In this document: positions 51,216 through 61,238 of the stretch, piece by piece
How the letters are laid out: each line of letters begins with the position of its first letter
Numbering within the stretch: position 1 is the stretch's first letter
Assembly (NCBI GenBank): GCA_937921735.1
Contig: CAKZTQ010000011.1
Location: 18,333 to 82,332, forward strand
Reading direction: 5' to 3'
From: an uncultured archaeon
GTDB lineage: Archaea; Hadarchaeota; Hadarchaeia; Hadarchaeales; Hadarchaeaceae
Length of the DNA stretch: 64,000 nucleotides
The notes under the pieces: model-generated
The model's database searches: none
Seen by the model: the letters and a program-made list of their open reading frames with translations, nothing else
Told to the model about the DNA's origin: nothing
Translations under genes and position numbers: made by a program

Positions 51216-54115
51216 TCCACGAAAATGGCTGGTCTCATGGGTGCCGCTAGCTTTGAGCGTCCCCTCGGGTCGTAACGAGCAGGATCATCGGCTCTAAAGA
51301 CGTTCACCTCGCTGGCGCCGAACTGTTTCCCGATGAAGTCGGCGGCTTCCCGCAGCACCTGAAGCTCGTCGATTTCCACGCTGCTCAATATCCTAAGCCG
51401 GTCGCTCGGGGTGGTCCTGAGTTCCTTCGTTACGAGTTGCGCATAGCTGGCCAGCTCTGATGCCGGAGGTTTAGGCTCGAGTTCCTTCAAGGCCGTTTTG
51501 ATAAGGTCCCCTACCTCCAGCTTGCCAGCCATCGCCCGTTCGAGGGCCATGCGGTAGACCCGTTGCTTCCAGTCCTGCGCGACGTAGAGACAAATCCTGC
51601 TCGGCCTTTCGGTCCCGATCACGCGTAGGATTTCGGCGATGTCATCCACCACCTGCGCGATGTAGTCCTCGATGAACTCCGCCTCTTTATCGATGAACCT
51701 CTCATCGACGGCTGGCCACTCGGCGACGGAGACGAAACCCGAGCGGCCCATCTTATGCCAAAGCTCCTCGCAGACGTGCGGGACGAAGGGCGCGAGCAGG
51801 CGAAGCCAGACGTCGAGCACGCGCTTCAGCACGTACGCGCGCGAATCCGTTTGCGGCGCGCGCTTCAAGTATCTATGCAGGTCGTTCATAAGAAGGAAGA
51901 AGGCATGTTGGACCGCTCTACGCGTCTCGAAAGCTTCAAGCGCCTTCGTCGTCGCCTCGATGTGCTCCTGCAGCCTGTTGAGCATCCACCTGTCGGGTAG
52001 GGTGAGGGACTTGGGCTCGACGTCGGGCAGCGCGATTATCTCCTCCGCGAGCGCGTAGAACCTCTCGAGGTTCTTGACCATGGCTTCGGCCTCGTGGGCG
52101 CGCCAATCGAAATCCTGCCATGGCTCGACGGTGGACATTAGGTAGAGGCGCACCGCGTCGGCCCCATATTTTCTGACGGCCTCGTTTATGGCGACTATGT
52201 TGCCCTTCGACGAAGACATCTTTTGACCCTCCAGCACCGCCATGCCGAACGACACTATGCCCTTCGGGCACAACTCAAGCGGGAAGATCATCACATGGTG
52301 GAAGATGTGGAAGGTGAGGTGGTTGGGTATGAGCTCGTTCGCCGACATGCGATAGTCGAGCGGATACCAGTACTCGAATTCTCGGCGCATGTTTTCCAGT
52401 AGCCCGCGATCTATGCCCATAGACTCGGAGATTTCTACGGGGTCACCCTTGCCCAAGAAGACGTAGTCGAAGACCTCGTCCGTCAGCTTGGCTTGGTCGA
52501 TCGATTTGATGAGGTGGGCGATGGTGTAATAGGCCATATAGATGGTCGAGTCGCTCAGCGATTCGATTATCCACTTCCGGTCCCAGGGCGCGGGTGTTCC
52601 CATGCCTACGCTTCTGGTGCACGGCCACTCGCGGAGCCACTCGATGACGTGCTCGAACTGTGCCCTGGTCTCGGGGGGCACTAAGTGCATGCGCGCCAAG
52701 CACTCACGCGCCTTTTCTTTCCAGCCCTCGTCCGCGTAGTTCAAGAACCATTGATCCTCAACGACCTTCACCACGCACCTAGTGCCGCACCTACAGATCA
52801 CGGGCTTGGCCGAAAACTCGTACATCTTCGCCGCTTCTCCCCTAGCGAGCAGGTCATCCCGAACGGCCACCTTTGCCCGAGATACCGACATGCCGCCGTA
52901 GTCCGGGACCCAATCCCTCATGACACCCTTCGCGAACTCGTTTCTGTAGATCTCGGCCGTGGCTTCCTCCAGACGGGAGTCGGTCTGTGACTTTATGCCC
53001 ATGGATTCGACGATTTCCACCGCTGGGGCCTCTCCGAAACCTGAGAGCTCGATCAGCGAGATCGGTTGCAATGCTTGCACCCTCGCTGGGTCCAAGTTGT
53101 GGCCTCTGAGCTCGTCAGGGTTTTGCTGCAGCTCCAGCAGGGCAACGTAGTCGTATGGTGCATGGGCAGGGACGGACCCCACTACCCCCGTCGCGTTGTC
53201 CGGATCCACGAACCTCGCGGGCAAGATGGGCACCAGCTTGTGGGTTAGCGGGACCTCAACCTCCTTTCCGATCAACCGCTCCTGCAAGCTGGTGACCCCG
53301 CCCAACTTGTATCCTTGGTTCTTCAGCTTTTCCACGGCTTGGGGGGTGAGCACCCACTTCTCGCCGTCGACCTCGGCCACGACGTATTCCACGTCCGGGT
53401 TAAGCCACAGGTTTGTGACACCGAATATCGTCTCCGGCCTCAAGGTAGCGGCCGGCAGCACGTATTCGCCTAAACGGTACTTGAGGAGCGTGAACTCGAG
53501 AATGCCTACCCCCTCTCCCTCCAGTAGGTCGTGATCGGTCACCGGATTACCGCAGCCCGGGCACCACTTCACTGGGTGCGCTCCCTTCACTATCAGGCCG
53601 GCCTCCATGAGCTTGTGGTACTGCCAAGTGATGAACTTGCTGTAGTGCTGGTCGACAGTGGTGAACTCCCGGCGCCAATCTATGGAATAGCCGAGCCACT
53701 CCATGCCCTTGCGATAGCTCAAGTCACTCACGCGCGCGAAGTAATTGGCGAAGTAGTATGGGTCCTCAAACTTCGGGAGCTCGTCCCTAGCGACGCCGTA
53801 GCGCTCGATCAGCACCTTTATGAAGCCTGGCTCGCGGCGGGCCACGCGTTTGGCGGCCCCGACGATGGGAGTGCCCGTGAAATGGTAGGCCATCGGAAAG
53901 AGCACGTTGTAGCCCCGCATTCGCTTGTAACGCGCGATGACATCGGGCACGGTGTAGGTGCGCCCGTGACCTATGTGCATTGGGCCCGAAACGTAGGGAT
54001 ATGCGACGGTGAGGTAGAACTTCGGCCTTCCGTCTGGGTTGGCCTCGAAAAGTCTCGCCTCGCGCCAAGTCCTTTGCCACTTGGCCTCTATCTCCTGCCA
54101 GTTCGGCATAGTCAC
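51212..54115 (-). CDS. leuS: leucyl-tRNA synthetase (archaeal type)
   Basis: 967 aa. HIGH-type motif PYVSGPMHIGH and KMSKS-type motif KMSSSKG. Confidence 0.95.
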   Translation of the reverse strand: MTMPNWQEIEAKWQRTWREARLFEANPDGRPKFYLTVAYPYVSGPMHIGHGRTYTVPDVIARYKRMRGYNVLFPMAYHFTGTPIVGAAKRVARREPGFIKVLIERYGVARDELPKFEDPYYFANYFARVSDLSYRKGMEWLGYSIDWRREFTTVDQHYSKFITWQYHKLMEAGLIVKGAHPVKWCPGCGNPVTDHDLLEGEGVGILEFTLLKYRLGEYVLPAATLRPETIFGVTNLWLNPDVEYVVAEVDGEKWVLTPQAVEKLKNQGYKLGGVTSLQERLIGKEVEVPLTHKLVPILPARFVDPDNATGVVGSVPAHAPYDYVALLELQQNPDELRGHNLDPARVQALQPISLIELSGFGEAPAVEIVESMGIKSQTDSRLEEATAEIYRNEFAKGVMRDWVPDYGGMSVSRAKVAVRDDLLARGEAAKMYEFSAKPVICRCGTRCVVKVVEDQWFLNYADEGWKEKARECLARMHLVPPETRAQFEHVIEWLREWPCTRSVGMGTPAPWDRKWIIESLSDSTIYMAYYTIAHLIKSIDQAKLTDEVFDYVFLGKGDPVEISESMGIDRGLLENMRREFEYWYPLDYRMSANELIPNHLTFHIFHHVMIFPLELCPKGIVSFGMAVLEGQKMSSSKGNIVAINEAVRKYGADAVRLYLMSTVEPWQDFDWRAHEAEAMVKNLERFYALAEEIIALPDVEPKSLTLPDRWMLNRLQEHIEATTKALEAFETRRAVQHAFFLLMNDLHRYLKRAPQTDSRAYVLKRVLDVWLRLLAPFVPHVCEELWHKMGRSGFVSVAEWPAVDERFIDKEAEFIEDYIAQVVDDIAEILRVIGTERPSRICLYVAQDWKQRVYRMALERAMAGKLEVGDLIKTALKELEPKPPASELASYAQLVTKELRTTPSDRLRILSSVEIDELQVLREAADFIGKQFGASEVNVFRADDPARYDPRGRSKLAAPMRPAIFVE

Positions 54116-54121
54116 GTCACC

Positions 54122-56851
54122 TCATGATCGCCTTCTACAAAGTTCGACGACCGCAGCAAGCGCAGCGTCTAGCTTCTCGACTTGGGGGCCTCCTCCCTGC
54201 CCCATCTCGGGCTTTCCTCCTCCCCCTCCACCCAACATTTTTGCCACTGCCGAGGCCATTCTACCGCAATCTACGCCCATCCTGAGGGCATCCCTCCCCG
54301 CCATTATGACAAACCTAGCCACCTCATCGCGTGCCCCAAGCGCTGCCACCACGGAGCTATCCTCCTTAGTCAATGCGCTAGCGGTCTCGACGAGGTCATC
54401 CACGTTGGCTCCCTCTATCTCCTCACAGACCACCTTTAGTCCTTCAACCTCCTTGGCCTTTTCTAAGAGCCCCTTCAAGCGCATCTTCGCGAGCCGCTCC
54501 CTGAGTTCCGCCGCCTCCTTCTGCGCGGACTTCCATTGATTGAAGAGTTGTTTAGTAGCGATCGCTATCTGTTCGGGCGGCGACCGCAGTATTCCCGCCG
54601 CCTCCGATAGCTGCTTCTCCCATTTTTGCACGAAATCCAGGGCTGCTTCTCCTGCCGCGAACTCGAGTCGTTCCACGCCGTCTTGAATCCTCTCCGCATG
54701 CACTATTTTTATGAATCCGACCTCCCCGGTCCGCGAGCAATGGGTACCCGCGCAGGCTTGGGTATTCCAGCCCTCTATATCGACTACGCGTATTTGTTTG
54801 CCCGGCACCACGCCCCCTTGGTAGAGGTCGAAGCCATACCTGCGCTCGGCTTCGTTTCGATCCATCCAGCTCACGTTCACTGGCCTGTCTTCCATCACCA
54901 CCCTATTCGCCAATCGCTCGATTTCCTGCAGCTCCTGAGGTTCGATGCGCCTGAAGTGCGAGATGTCTAGCCTTGTGCGGTCCACTCCCTTTTGCACGCC
55001 GTGTTGCCAAACGTGGTCGCCGAGCACGCGGCGTGCCGCGCCGAGCAAGATGTGGGTGGCGGTGTGATGGCGCATCAGGGAGCCCCTTCTGACCCAGTCG
55101 ATCCTGCCCTTCACCTTCTGCCCTGCCCTGAAGATGTTGGGTCTCACGTGATGGATGATCACTCCATCGACCTTCTCCACGTTGATGACCTTCGCCGCAC
55201 CCCTGCCGCTGATGATCTCGCCGATGTCGGCTGGCTGCCCTCCGCCCTCGGGGTAAAACGCCGTTCGATCCAGCACGATGTAGCCATCGAAGCTCTTAAG
55301 CACCCTCGCCTCGAACTCACGCATGTAGGGTTTCTCGTAGTATAGTGTCTTCGTCGCGTGGATGCCCCGTAGCCCCTTTTGGCTCATGGGTGGAGCGCCT
55401 GCCGACACGCGCTCGGGTTGGCTGTGGATTTTGGCCACGCGGATGTAGAAGTCCTCTGGTACCTCTACCAGGACGCCCCCCTTTATGGCTATTTCTTTCA
55501 CCACCTCCGGGGGCAGGCCATGGCTGTCGTAGAGTTCGATCAGCTTCTCCACAGGCAATTGTCCTCCCTCAGCCCGGAGAACGTCCACCAGTCTCTTGAC
55601 CAACCTCTCACCCCGTGAGATCGCATCGAAATATCTTTTCTCCTCCAGCTCCACCACCTCGAGTATGTAGTCCTCCCGCTCCTTAAGCTCGGGAAATCTG
55701 AGCGCGAGATGTTTTATCTCCAGCTCCATCAGCTCGGCCAATGGCTTTTGGAGCTGGATCTCGCGCATGAGGCGTAGCGTGCGGCGGAGGACGAGTCTCG
55801 CCAAGTAGCCCTCCTTCACATTGCTCGGGGTTATCCCATCGCCGAACATGAAGGCTAGGCAGCGGAGGTGGTCCGCTATCGCGTAGATCGCTTCCAGCGG
55901 GCCCATCAGGCGATTTAGCTCGTCCACGCTTAGACCAGTACGAGCCGATACCTTCTTTCGGAGCGCGAGCAGATCGCGGCCTGTCTCTATGTCCATCATG
56001 CCCGCCAGCTTTGAGTGTTCCCGCAACACATCACCGGGAGGCATCTCCACGCCAGCCATTCGGCGCAGTTTTCTTACGATTGGTTCGAAGATCGCCTCGT
56101 AGCTCGAGGCAGTGCCCCGCGATGCCCAAGTCAGGCGCTCCATGCCGTAGCCCGTGTCGACGACGTTTAGGGGCAGCGGCTTGTATTTTCCGTCCTTGGA
56201 GGCATAGTGCATGAACACGAGCGTCGCGACTTCGAGCCCGCGCACGTTTACCTCAAAATCCTCGCCGGCGTTGCCCCCTCCCTCCCAGAAATCTTGGATG
56301 TAAGAGATGTCAGTTGGTGGAACGCCCAGCTCCTTCGTCAAAAACTCGTGGCAAAGCGCTACCGTCTCGTCCGTCCAGTAAACTCGCCTTCGGCGAGAGT
56401 TGAAGGCGTGGTGGCCACCCATGAAGAAGAGGGTGAAGTGCCTCCCAGAGCGCCCAACGTTATCGATGTCCTTTAGCCTGATGCTAGGTTGGCTGATGAC
56501 GAGAGGGTTCGCGGGCGGGGGCACTTGGCCGCTCGTCACCCAAGGTTGGAAGTTTGCGATGGAAGCTATTGTCAGAAAGATGTCGTCTCGCCACCTAGCG
56601 ACCACCGGATAGCGATCGATGATCGTGTGGCCACGCTTCTCGAAAAATCTCAGAAATGTATCCTCCATCTCAAACAGGTCGTATCGCTTCCGAATCGGGG
56701 GGTTACCTATGAAAGTGTACTCATCGCAGGGCGTGTCGCCGCACGTTTCTCTACTCGCGTCTAAGGTCCAAAAGGTGCGCCCGCATGCCGTGCAGCGCTT
56801 GCGCTCAAAGCCCTCATCCTCGAAGAGGGCGACTCGATAGATATCCTTCAA
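54122..56851 (-). CDS. alaS: alanyl-tRNA synthetase
   Basis: 909 aa. Class II core, editing-domain HHTATHIL ... CAGTHC, C-terminal DHHA1-like GGGGGKPEMGQGGG. Confidence 0.95.
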   Translation of the reverse strand: MKDIYRVALFEDEGFERKRCTACGRTFWTLDASRETCGDTPCDEYTFIGNPPIRKRYDLFEMEDTFLRFFEKRGHTIIDRYPVVARWRDDIFLTIASIANFQPWVTSGQVPPPANPLVISQPSIRLKDIDNVGRSGRHFTLFFMGGHHAFNSRRRRVYWTDETVALCHEFLTKELGVPPTDISYIQDFWEGGGNAGEDFEVNVRGLEVATLVFMHYASKDGKYKPLPLNVVDTGYGMERLTWASRGTASSYEAIFEPIVRKLRRMAGVEMPPGDVLREHSKLAGMMDIETGRDLLALRKKVSARTGLSVDELNRLMGPLEAIYAIADHLRCLAFMFGDGITPSNVKEGYLARLVLRRTLRLMREIQLQKPLAELMELEIKHLALRFPELKEREDYILEVVELEEKRYFDAISRGERLVKRLVDVLRAEGGQLPVEKLIELYDSHGLPPEVVKEIAIKGGVLVEVPEDFYIRVAKIHSQPERVSAGAPPMSQKGLRGIHATKTLYYEKPYMREFEARVLKSFDGYIVLDRTAFYPEGGGQPADIGEIISGRGAAKVINVEKVDGVIIHHVRPNIFRAGQKVKGRIDWVRRGSLMRHHTATHILLGAARRVLGDHVWQHGVQKGVDRTRLDISHFRRIEPQELQEIERLANRVVMEDRPVNVSWMDRNEAERRYGFDLYQGGVVPGKQIRVVDIEGWNTQACAGTHCSRTGEVGFIKIVHAERIQDGVERLEFAAGEAALDFVQKWEKQLSEAAGILRSPPEQIAIATKQLFNQWKSAQKEAAELRERLAKMRLKGLLEKAKEVEGLKVVCEEIEGANVDDLVETASALTKEDSSVVAALGARDEVARFVIMAGRDALRMGVDCGRMASAVAKMLGGGGGGKPEMGQGGGPQVEKLDAALAAVVELCRRRS

Positions 56852-56983
56852 CGTTCTCCCTAAAGGGCAAATGCTTCAGCACGGATAAAAGCCTTCCCAA
56901 AAAACGAAAAGGGTGAGCGGCGCGAGATTTACCGGCGCAAGACTTTAATAAGATGGAGAAGCGCGATACAATGGGGGTGAGTT

Positions 56984-58090
56984 ATGGAAAAGATTACCGT
57001 GAACGATTTGAAGGATATAGTTATCGGAGCGACTTTCTTGGGTTCGGGCGGAGGCGGTTCTCCAGAGAATGGGCTGAAGTTGGTGGAAGAGATAAGCAAG
57101 TTGACGAAGGAACTCACGATCGTTAGCCCAGAGGAGATATCCGACAACGACCAAGTGGCGATGATAGCGGGTATGGGTAGTCCCGTGGCTCTGAAGGAAA
57201 AAGGCTTTGGGCCTGAAGCCATCTATGCCTTCGAAGGATTGCAAAGGTTGTACGGATGGTTGGGGGTCGGTTTCAAATATATCATGCCTGGGGAGACCGG
57301 CGGCTTTAACACCATCACGCCCATGTATGTCGCCGCGGCTAAGAAATTGACGATAGTCGATGCGGATGGCACGGGGGGTAGGGCCGTGCCGGACTTGGAG
57401 ACCACGCTCTACTACATCTACGGCATCCCGACCTCGCCGTTCGTACTAGCGGACAGAAACGGAAACATTGTCATCGGGTGGACGAAAGACCCAATGGATG
57501 CCCCTACGTGCGAAAACGTCGCGAGGGGCGTGACCGTGGCGTTTGGCATGCTGTCTGGGCTGGGGACTTGGGTGGTTACAGGGCACCAGATCAAAACCTG
57601 CTTAGAACCCAACGTGGTCGCTAGGTCCAGGTCTATAGGCAGGGTCATAAGGGAGGCGAAGAAGAAGCGCAGGGATCCTGTCAAGGAAGTGCTCGATGTA
57701 GTAAAAGGTTACGAGCTGATAAGGGGTAAGATCGAAAAAATAGAGACGAAAACGATAGCTGGGTTTGATTTCGGGAGGACGACGATAAAGGGCTCGAACG
57801 GATATGAGGGCAAGAAGCTCACCGTCGACTTCAAGAACGAGAACATGATAGCTTGGAAGGCGGAGGGAGAGCCAGCCGCAATGGTCCCAGATCTCATAGC
57901 ACTGATGACGCTCGATGGGAACCCGCTGACGAACGCTGACACAAAAGAGGGGATGAAAATAAGCGTGATCGCGATGCCCGCGTCGGAGAAGTGGAGGAAA
58001 AATCCCAAGTGCTTCGAACCCTGGCGACCAATTCTTGAGAAAATTGGATACAAGGGGAACTACATACCGCTAGAAAAGCTACAGAGGTAG
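56984..58090 (+). CDS. DUF917-family protein
   Basis: 368 aa. N-terminal IGATFLGSGGGGSP is the family hallmark. Confidence 0.6.
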   Translation: MEKITVNDLKDIVIGATFLGSGGGGSPENGLKLVEEISKLTKELTIVSPEEISDNDQVAMIAGMGSPVALKEKGFGPEAIYAFEGLQRLYGWLGVGFKYIMPGETGGFNTITPMYVAAAKKLTIVDADGTGGRAVPDLETTLYYIYGIPTSPFVLADRNGNIVIGWTKDPMDAPTCENVARGVTVAFGMLSGLGTWVVTGHQIKTCLEPNVVARSRSIGRVIREAKKKRRDPVKEVLDVVKGYELIRGKIEKIETKTIAGFDFGRTTIKGSNGYEGKKLTVDFKNENMIAWKAEGEPAAMVPDLIALMTLDGNPLTNADTKEGMKISVIAMPASEKWRKNPKCFEPWRPILEKIGYKGNYIPLEKLQR

Positions 58091-58095
58091 GCGGC

Positions 58096-59043
58096 TTGAG
58101 CTTAAAATCTGCGGCGGAGGCGGTCGTCAAGGCTTGCCTCAACGTTAAGCCAGGGGAGACCTTTCTAGTAATAACGGACACAGAAAAGGAGCCCATCGGC
58201 AGGGCTATCTTCGAGGCTGGCTTGGAGGCGGGGGGAGAAGCCCTGGCCGTGGTGATGAAACCCAGATCTAGACACGGGGAGGAGCCACCCAAGCCCATTG
58301 CTGAGATGTGGGCGCATGTCGATGCCTTCGTGGCCCCCACCAAGTTCAGCTTGACGCACACCCAAGCGAGGAAAAACGCGACCGCGGCCGGAGCTAGAGG
58401 GGCGACGATGCCCGGGATAACCGAGGAGATGTTCGTTGAGACGATGGGCATAGACTACGGCAAGGTAAAGGAGTACTGCGAGAGGATGAACGCGGCCTTT
58501 CGCGGCGCGAAGGTCATCAGGGTCACATCTCCCCTCGGAACGGATTTGACCGCGTCCATCGAGGGCAGGGACACGTTGATGGATACAGGCATGCTCCACA
58601 ACAGAGGCGACTTCGGCAACCTGCCGGCGGGCGAGGTCTTCATCGCGCCCGTTGAGGGCACCGCTAACGGTACCATAGTCTTCGACGGTTCGGTGGCAGG
58701 CGTGGGCGTGCTGAGCGAACCAATCAGGGTAGAAGTAAAGAACGGGTATGCCGTCAGCATAACCGGAGCTGAGGCCGATAAGCTCCTGAAACTACTAGAG
58801 CCTGTCGGGAGGGAGGCCTACAACATCGCCGAAATAGGCGTCGGGTGCAACTTTGGGGCGAGGATAGTCGGCAACGTGCTGGAGGACGAAAAGGTTTATG
58901 GCACCGTTCACATTGCCCTCGGCGACAATAGCACGATAGGTGGAACGGTGAAGGTGGGCATCCATCTAGATGGGTTGATAAAAGAGCCCACTCTTATCTT
59001 GGAAGGTAAAGAAATAATAAAAAATGGAAAGTGGCTCGTGTAG
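58096..59043 (+). CDS. M29/aminopeptidase-T-like protein (short form)
   Basis: 315 aa. ACLNVKPGETFLVITD... and GNLPAGEVFIAP...GTVHIALGDN motifs. Confidence 0.6.
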   Translation: MSLKSAAEAVVKACLNVKPGETFLVITDTEKEPIGRAIFEAGLEAGGEALAVVMKPRSRHGEEPPKPIAEMWAHVDAFVAPTKFSLTHTQARKNATAAGARGATMPGITEEMFVETMGIDYGKVKEYCERMNAAFRGAKVIRVTSPLGTDLTASIEGRDTLMDTGMLHNRGDFGNLPAGEVFIAPVEGTANGTIVFDGSVAGVGVLSEPIRVEVKNGYAVSITGAEADKLLKLLEPVGREAYNIAEIGVGCNFGARIVGNVLEDEKVYGTVHIALGDNSTIGGTVKVGIHLDGLIKEPTLILEGKEIIKNGKWLV

Positions 59044-59050
59044 AGACCGA

Positions 59051-59446
59051 TTATACAGCCAGCCTAGCTCCAGTCCTTTTCACGGCTAAGTAGATGTCGA
59101 TAATGCCTAAGATGACCCAGATCGCGGAGAACGCCACGGCTAGGTATACCAAGCCCGCCGACGGTAAAGAGAAGAACCGTGAGGGGAAAACAGCCAAACC
59201 AGCTATGCCTACGGAGAGGATCCACCAGTTATGTTGGACGACCACATTGCCCATCGCCGCACCATCTTTTCCGCGGAGCCGTGGAATCGCCGAGAGGGCG
59301 ATCAGGAGCTGAAATATACCTACTACCGCATAAGTTATGCCCGTGTAGAGGTTGTCTCCCCTTACGACAATGCCGACCGCTAGGAGCGCTATCCCCAGCA
59401 CCGCGAACAAGCAAACCATCAAGCTCGAATATTTTTTGAAGTCCAT
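59051..59446 (-). CDS. four-TM membrane protein, unknown function
   Basis: The ATG at 59446 lies 10 nt downstream of the permease stop; the longest ORF reaches 59482. Confidence 0.45.
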   Translation of the reverse strand: MDFKKYSSLMVCLFAVLGIALLAVGIVVRGDNLYTGITYAVVGIFQLLIALSAIPRLRGKDGAAMGNVVVQHNWWILSVGIAGLAVFPSRFFSLPSAGLVYLAVAFSAIWVILGIIDIYLAVKRTGARLAV

Positions 59447-59456
59447 GCTTACCCCC

Positions 59457-60842
59457 TCAAATCCCCGTATCTGGCAGGGCATGTTTGCCGATAGTTATTG
59501 GTATGCCCGCCTTATCGCATGGGATCGCCAGTATTACGTAAACTATGAACCCTAGTAGGAGGGCGTTGAGGGCCGGGATCCCCCAAGTGATCAGATAGCC
59601 TCCAACTACGGCACCGACCACCACCGCGATAATGCCGACCCAGTTCAGCTCCGGTATCACCATGCCTGGCTTGACTTTGTACCTCTCCGAAAGCTTCTCC
59701 CCCTTGTACCACCGATAGACGTAGAAGTCCGCTATCAATCCCCCAGCTATCGGCGGCAGCACTCTCCCCAGCGTGGATATGAAATTTATGAATGGCTGCA
59801 TGCCGGCCCCTGCAGCGAGCCCCCAGTAAACGGCTAGGGCTATCCCGATGATGCCCAAAGTCACGGTCAACATCCATTTTTTGACCGGGACATAGGTGTT
59901 GATGGATAAGGCGCCGCTGTAGAGGTTATTATCGTTGGTTGTCCATTGACCAAAGAACACAAGGAGAAATGCCCCTAAGCCCAATCCGATCGCCACCATG
60001 GCCGCGGCAATGTTTGCTTCTCCCGTAGCGAGTACCATCGCGCCTGCCCCCACTAGTAGGTAGGGCATCAGGATCATGACCTGTATGATCCATGCGATGG
60101 CCCCATCCCTAGGCCTTGTAGTATATCTGGTCATGTCCTGCGTTATCGTTGCGCCGGCGATGTACATGCCCACCACGGCCGTTACTCCCGCCACGAAGGA
60201 GGCCGGATTCGACGGTGCGATCTTGAGGAGGCCAGAGAACCCTCCGGCAGATTCACCTATCGCCACCATGAACCCTATCCCTGCCAATAACATGAACATC
60301 GGGACTGTCAGGTAGCTCAGGACCGCTAAACCTCTGTAGCCTATGACCGCCGTTAGAATCATGAAGAAACCGCCCCATATCGCCGCCACCCAGATCTCTG
60401 ATAGGAAGATCTTGGGAGCTATCGCATTTACGAATATCCCGAAGAACCAAGTTTGCACGGCGAACCATCCTATACCACAAGATATGCCGGCGATTATCGT
60501 CCCGAAGATCCACGCCCCGATCCTACCATACGGGAACCTCATGTTCACGTAGGTCGAGCAGCCGCTGATCGCGCCTATGCCGGCGGTGAGCCCGCCTATG
60601 ACTGCTAGTATAGCGCAGCCAACCACGGAGACTATGATCAAATCCCTGAAGTTGAACATCGTGCCAAGAGCTCCCCCACCCATGATGGCAGCGATACAGG
60701 CTAACACTCCTGTGAAGATCAAGAAGCAGCCCATCATAGATCTTCTTTCACCGGGTGGGACTGGAACTAGGGCGTAATCACCGAATTTATCCTTCCAAGG
60801 GTACTTCGCTTCTGCCATTTCTAACCTCCATTTAGCGGGCAA
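59457..60842 (-). CDS. NCS1-family nucleobase/hydantoin/cytosine-type permease
   Basis: 461 aa with 12 TM segments. CodB/NCS1-like layout. TATA-like ggtttaaatagc upstream. Confidence 0.7.
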   Translation of the reverse strand: MPAKWRLEMAEAKYPWKDKFGDYALVPVPPGERRSMMGCFLIFTGVLACIAAIMGGGALGTMFNFRDLIIVSVVGCAILAVIGGLTAGIGAISGCSTYVNMRFPYGRIGAWIFGTIIAGISCGIGWFAVQTWFFGIFVNAIAPKIFLSEIWVAAIWGGFFMILTAVIGYRGLAVLSYLTVPMFMLLAGIGFMVAIGESAGGFSGLLKIAPSNPASFVAGVTAVVGMYIAGATITQDMTRYTTRPRDGAIAWIIQVMILMPYLLVGAGAMVLATGEANIAAAMVAIGLGLGAFLLVFFGQWTTNDNNLYSGALSINTYVPVKKWMLTVTLGIIGIALAVYWGLAAGAGMQPFINFISTLGRVLPPIAGGLIADFYVYRWYKGEKLSERYKVKPGMVIPELNWVGIIAVVVGAVVGGYLITWGIPALNALLLGFIVYVILAIPCDKAGIPITIGKHALPDTGI

Positions 60843-60920
60843 ATCTCTCTTAAAGGGGCTATTTAAACCTATTTCTAACGGGTTTGACGCGCATCGGACG
60901 GCAGATGGAGAGGGATAAAA

Positions 60921-61223
60921 TCAGCCGAACAGGGCACTGAGGCCGGCCAGCGCTTCCTCTTCCTTCTTCTCCTCCTCCACCTTTTTCTCTTCCTTTTTTT
61001 CGGCCTTCGCTGCAGGTGCCGCAGCCGGCGTCGCCGCCACCGACGGTATGACTGCGCTCTTTATGGCTTCATCTATGTTTATTCCCTCAAGCGCTGCCAC
61101 CAACGCCTTTACCCTTGCCTCGTTTACTTGAATATCCGCCGCTTGTAGGACCTTTGATAAATTGTTTTCATCGATTTTCTTGCCGGCCGCATGCAGCACC
61201 ATTGCAGCATATACATACTCCAT
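60921..61223 (-). CDS. rpl12: 50S ribosomal stalk protein P1 (L12e)
   Basis: [19 protein letters not shown]... with Ala/Glu/Lys hinge and C-terminal GLSALFG. Confidence 0.9.
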   Translation of the reverse strand: MEYVYAAMVLHAAGKKIDENNLSKVLQAADIQVNEARVKALVAALEGINIDEAIKSAVIPSVAATPAAAPAAKAEKKEEKKVEEEKKEEEALAGLSALFG

Positions 61224-61238
61224 CTTCGCACACCTCCG

